From an uncultured Chloroflexia bacterium (GTDB lineage: Bacteria; Chloroflexota; Anaerolineae; Anaerolineales; Anaerolineaceae), in assembly GCA_963747965.1 (NCBI GenBank), contig CAVVGZ010000001.1, forward strand, positions 223 to 64,222: 64,000 nt of DNA, given 5' to 3'. The notes beneath the pieces are model-generated. The model saw nothing but the letters and a program-made list of their open reading frames with translations, searched no databases and was not told where the DNA came from. This document shows, one piece after another, positions 61,262 through 64,000 of the stretch (positions within the stretch are counted from its first letter, which is position 1; the number at the start of each line of letters is the position of its first letter). The position numbers were made by a program, and so were the translations under genes.

Positions 61262-62094
61262 TTAGTATAGGCATATCAATATTATTTGCAACAAAAGGAA
61301 CATCCCAGGAACGATCACAAGCTCAAATCCATTAAATTCATGAGGTCGCTTTAGGATTTTTGCATACCCATCAAACGTACGATAATATACGCTAAGATCA
61401 CCGAAGTTTATTTTATTCTCCCTTAACCTTGAGCTAATTTGTTTTTTATAACCAGGAATCCCGTCTCCTGCCGGGGATGCTGGATACCAATCTGCCACGG
61501 AGAGCCATCGGGTTTCCGCCTAGAGGTACAACATTGCCGCCGAGATTTGAATATGCCGATGTGACTCCAAAATCCTTGAATACTTCCAGGATCTCATCGC
61601 CGGCAAATCCTTTCCCGATCATGCCTAGATCAATCGACTGGCCGATATATCTCAATTCGGCGGTCATATCCCAGGGATCCAGGATCAAATTCCTATCATT
61701 GACCAGTGGAAGAACCTGATGGATACGATTTTCATCCGGTTCAGACAAGGATGTCTTACCTTGATTCCACAGGCTGTACCAATGGTTCGATGGTCACGTT
61801 AAAGCATCCTGGACAGGATCTGGAAAACTCAATCGCTTTCGACAGTAGTTGATAGGTTTCGAGGCTTACCTTTTCCCTGTTTACCCCTGCAGATTGATTA
61901 ATTCGGCTGATTTCACTACCCGGATTGAAACGGCTGATGAGCTTTTCAATCCGGGAAATTTCGGAACATACAGCTGTGAGGCTTTCTTCGGCACACCCTC
62001 CATATGCCAGATGGGTCATTATTGTACCCATTGCCATACGGGTCGTCTTCCTAGCCAGATTGGTCCTGATGTACATACCGGTTTTTTCTTTCAT
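61262..62094 (-). pseudogene. ApbE-family FAD:protein FMN transferase, fragmented
   Basis: The N-terminal part is MGTIMTHLAYG...EISRIEKLISRFNPGSEISRINQSAG...CFNVTIEPLV, the middle is IDLGMIGKGFAGDEI...SNLGGNV, and then G(K)PDGSPWQIGIQHPRQ. These lie in three frames, and the C-terminal third is barely recognisable. Confidence 0.7.
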
Positions 62095-63109
62095 TGGTTT
62101 CCCCTGATGCGCCTGTGTTTTTGTTCAGGAATTGGTTAATCTCCGTATTAACTTCCTGGCTGTGTCCCAAATGCGGGTGACCACCATCCGGCAGAACATA
62201 CAAGCGTTTGTTCGGGAATTTTTCTGCCAGGTCCCTCACATTTTCAATATTTGAATACGGGTCATCTTCTGCCCCAATCAGCAGCACCGGAGTTGCGATA
62301 TTACTCAGCGGGTAAGGGCTGCATTCAGAGATAGACTCGTAGAAGTCGTCATTGAATTGAGGGTCATAGTTATCATAAATAAATCCGTCAATCCGTTCGC
62401 TGAGGGGTAACGTGGTTGACAGGGTTTGGTCCAGTTCAGTCTTATAATCCGGGGTAAGGGTGAATTCTCTGGGTACTCCAAGCATCTGGTACCCAAACGA
62501 CCTGAAGTATGTGATCATTGTCCAATAAAAAAAATCACTCCGCATCAGAGTGTCGAATATTATCCTGGGCGGCGGGGGTACAACCACTTTCCCGGGTGCA
62601 GCCGGTGCAAGCAGAATCAATGCTGAGATCCGCTCCGGATAGCGCGCAGCAAACCGGATGGAAGAAGTAGCGCCTCCCGAGAAAGTGAAAACGGCCGCCT
62701 GCTGGATACCCAGTTCATCCAGCAGGCAGGCATATGCATCTGCCTGCATGTCAACACTGGCATTTTCAGGCAGGGGTGTTTGCAGGTATCCGAATCGGGA
62801 GATGGAAATCACCTGGAACCCTGCATCGATAATCGGTTTTGCCACCAGTAATCCCTGGTCAAATCCGCCCATTGTGCCATGCACAACCAGTACCGGATAT
62901 CCGTCGCCGATTCGCGCATACTCGATTGGACCGCAGTCCGTCTTGACCACTTGACTGCCCAGGTCGTTTATATGCTTGCGTGCGGCGCTGATTTCCCGCT
63001 GATAGCGGGTAAAGACAGCCACAATCACAAAAATGATGATTCCAGTGAGTATTATCAAAATGAGACATTTCGAATTTGTCATTTGTTTTCCATCCTTTAT
63101 AAAAATCAA
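62051..63109 (-). CDS. membrane-anchored alpha/beta-fold hydrolase
   Basis: An N-terminal TM helix is followed by YPVLVVHGTMGG and the nucleophile-elbow region AVFTFSGGATSS. The C-terminal His region is LPDGGHP. Confidence 0.75.
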   Translation of the reverse strand: MIFIKDGKQMTNSKCLILIILTGIIIFVIVAVFTRYQREISAARKHINDLGSQVVKTDCGPIEYARIGDGYPVLVVHGTMGGFDQGLLVAKPIIDAGFQVISISRFGYLQTPLPENASVDMQADAYACLLDELGIQQAAVFTFSGGATSSIRFAARYPERISALILLAPAAPGKVVVPPPPRIIFDTLMRSDFFYWTMITYFRSFGYQMLGVPREFTLTPDYKTELDQTLSTTLPLSERIDGFIYDNYDPQFNDDFYESISECSPYPLSNIATPVLLIGAEDDPYSNIENVRDLAEKFPNKRLYVLPDGGHPHLGHSQEVNTEINQFLNKNTGASGETNERKNRYVHQDQSG

Positions 63110-63121
63110 ATCAACCCATTA

Positions 63122-63373
63122 TTACAGGGGAAGTGATTCATCTTGTCTCTCATTTGAATTCCGGATTGGTGGGTATCCGCTGGTAACCGAAATCAATTTC
63201 AAATTGAGGTCCCGGACACGTTCGAGTAAACCGTGAAGCGCAGCCTGGTCGGGCAGCAAGCCGGATAGCAGGGTTTCATTTCCTTCCAGGTGAGTTATCT
63301 TTAGGCCTGCAAACCATTCCGACCATTGTTGATCCAGCTGGCCCTTGATCTTGATCTCATAATATTCTGGCAC
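63122..63373 (-). CDS. small conserved hypothetical protein (83 aa)
   Basis: YEIKIKGQLDQQWSEWFAGLKITHLEGNETLLSGLLPDQAALHGLLERVRDLNLKLISV resembles a small domain I recall as widespread in Actinobacteria and Chloroflexi. I know of no assigned function. Confidence 0.5.
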   Translation of the reverse strand: MPEYYEIKIKGQLDQQWSEWFAGLKITHLEGNETLLSGLLPDQAALHGLLERVRDLNLKLISVTSGYPPIRNSNERQDESLPL

Positions 63374-63384
63374 TTTGGCTCTCC

Positions 63385-64000
63385 CTATGCGATCATGTTT
63401 CGAATTGTTGGCGTAATTCTATCAAAAAGAAAGCCGGCTGCCTTCTTCAGTGGTCCCAGGCGAATAGGATAAAAGTAATCCGATGTGAGCCAGCCTTTCT
63501 CAGCATAATACCTGTAGTCACGGCTCCTGTCATCAAGCTCCTGGTTAATCGAGGTTCGCCCCATCCTGAAACCTACCAGCATGAACCAGGATGGCACAGG
63601 ATAGGCCGGCTTCATCAGTTTGGCGTAGTAGCGTTTGCTCAGGGCAGCAAGATCCCGGTCGATCTTTTGTTGAACTTTCTCCGTCCTCGGAACAAAGCCG
63701 GTGATGATGCTTCCTTTCACGGTGTTGAATCCCAGAATCCTGGCGGTGAAATCGAAGTACTGAGCGATCTTGTCGCCGCCGGTGAAACCCTGGGTGACGA
63801 TGCTGGTACAGGTCTTCCCAAAGAAACTTGGCCGGTGAGCAAGGTAGCCGAATCTGTCCAGGAATGTCTTCATGATCCCGGACATATGGAACATGTAGTT
63901 CGGGGTGGCGAAGACAACTCCGTCAGACGCCTTGATCTTGTTCACCAGTATGCTCAGGTCGTCTTTTATCGGGCAGAACTCCTCGCCTTTATCAAAGCAC
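63385..64000 (-). CDS. flavodoxin-like NAD(P)H-dependent FMN reductase family protein; 5' end lies beyond the window
   Basis: DGVVFATPNYMFHMSGIMKTFLDRF is the family-typical segment. The frame stays open to position 64000 (…FDKGEEFCPIKDDLSILVNKIK). Confidence 0.7.
   Translation of the reverse strand, partial: CFDKGEEFCPIKDDLSILVNKIKASDGVVFATPNYMFHMSGIMKTFLDRFGYLAHRPSFFGKTCTSIVTQGFTGGDKIAQYFDFTARILGFNTVKGSIITGFVPRTEKVQQKIDRDLAALSKRYYAKLMKPAYPVPSWFMLVGFRMGRTSINQELDDRSRDYRYYAEKGWLTSDYFYPIRLGPLKKAAGFLFDRITPTIRNMIA

Overview
This is a 64-kb chromosomal segment with about 50 protein-coding genes or gene remnants. I recognise no rRNA, tRNA, CRISPR array, transposase, integrase or phage gene. Layout: (i) 0.2-5 kb holds an MscS channel, a P-loop protein, a secreted esterase and a small 6-CxxCH cytochrome. 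(ii) 5.5-13.5 kb holds a ribose-type sugar ABC importer whose binding-protein gene carries a head-to-tail ~964-bp internal duplication, plus an unusually long DeoR-type regulator and a ROK kinase. (iii) 15.9-19.5 kb holds a membrane-anchored repeat cytochrome with about 22 CxxCH motifs, divergent from two small monohaem lipoprotein genes; two more paralogues lie at 26.8 and 38.9 kb. (iv) 20.8-26.6 kb is an operon-like run of five amidohydrolase-type genes, several with degenerate catalytic motifs. (v) 28.4-38.4 kb holds a PotABCD-like ABC importer, a glycerophosphodiester phosphodiesterase and eutA-eutB-eutC-eutL-eutQ. (vi) 38.5-43.4 kb is a decayed, rearranged zone with duplicated gene-junction fragments, a BtpA/SgcQ pseudogene, an FGGY kinase and an AT-rich patch. 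(vii) 43.4-51.6 kb holds iolD, a transaldolase-family gene, iolB and a second ribose-type ABC importer. (viii) 52-56.8 kb holds MarR and an asymmetric heterodimeric ABC exporter. (ix) 57-64 kb holds a ~1400-aa BcrA/HgdC-type activase fused to a dehydratase-like module, with an ApbE remnant, an alpha/beta hydrolase, a small conserved protein and a flavodoxin-like reductase that is cut by the window edge. At least 15 genes are interrupted by single-base frame changes, several at homopolymers, so assembly indels must be excluded before these are called pseudogenes. Cys-lipobox signal peptides followed by long Pro/Thr/Ala linkers suggest a monoderm-type, possibly Chloroflexota-like organism; that is inference only. 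All family assignments come from reading motifs in the supplied translations. No database search was run.
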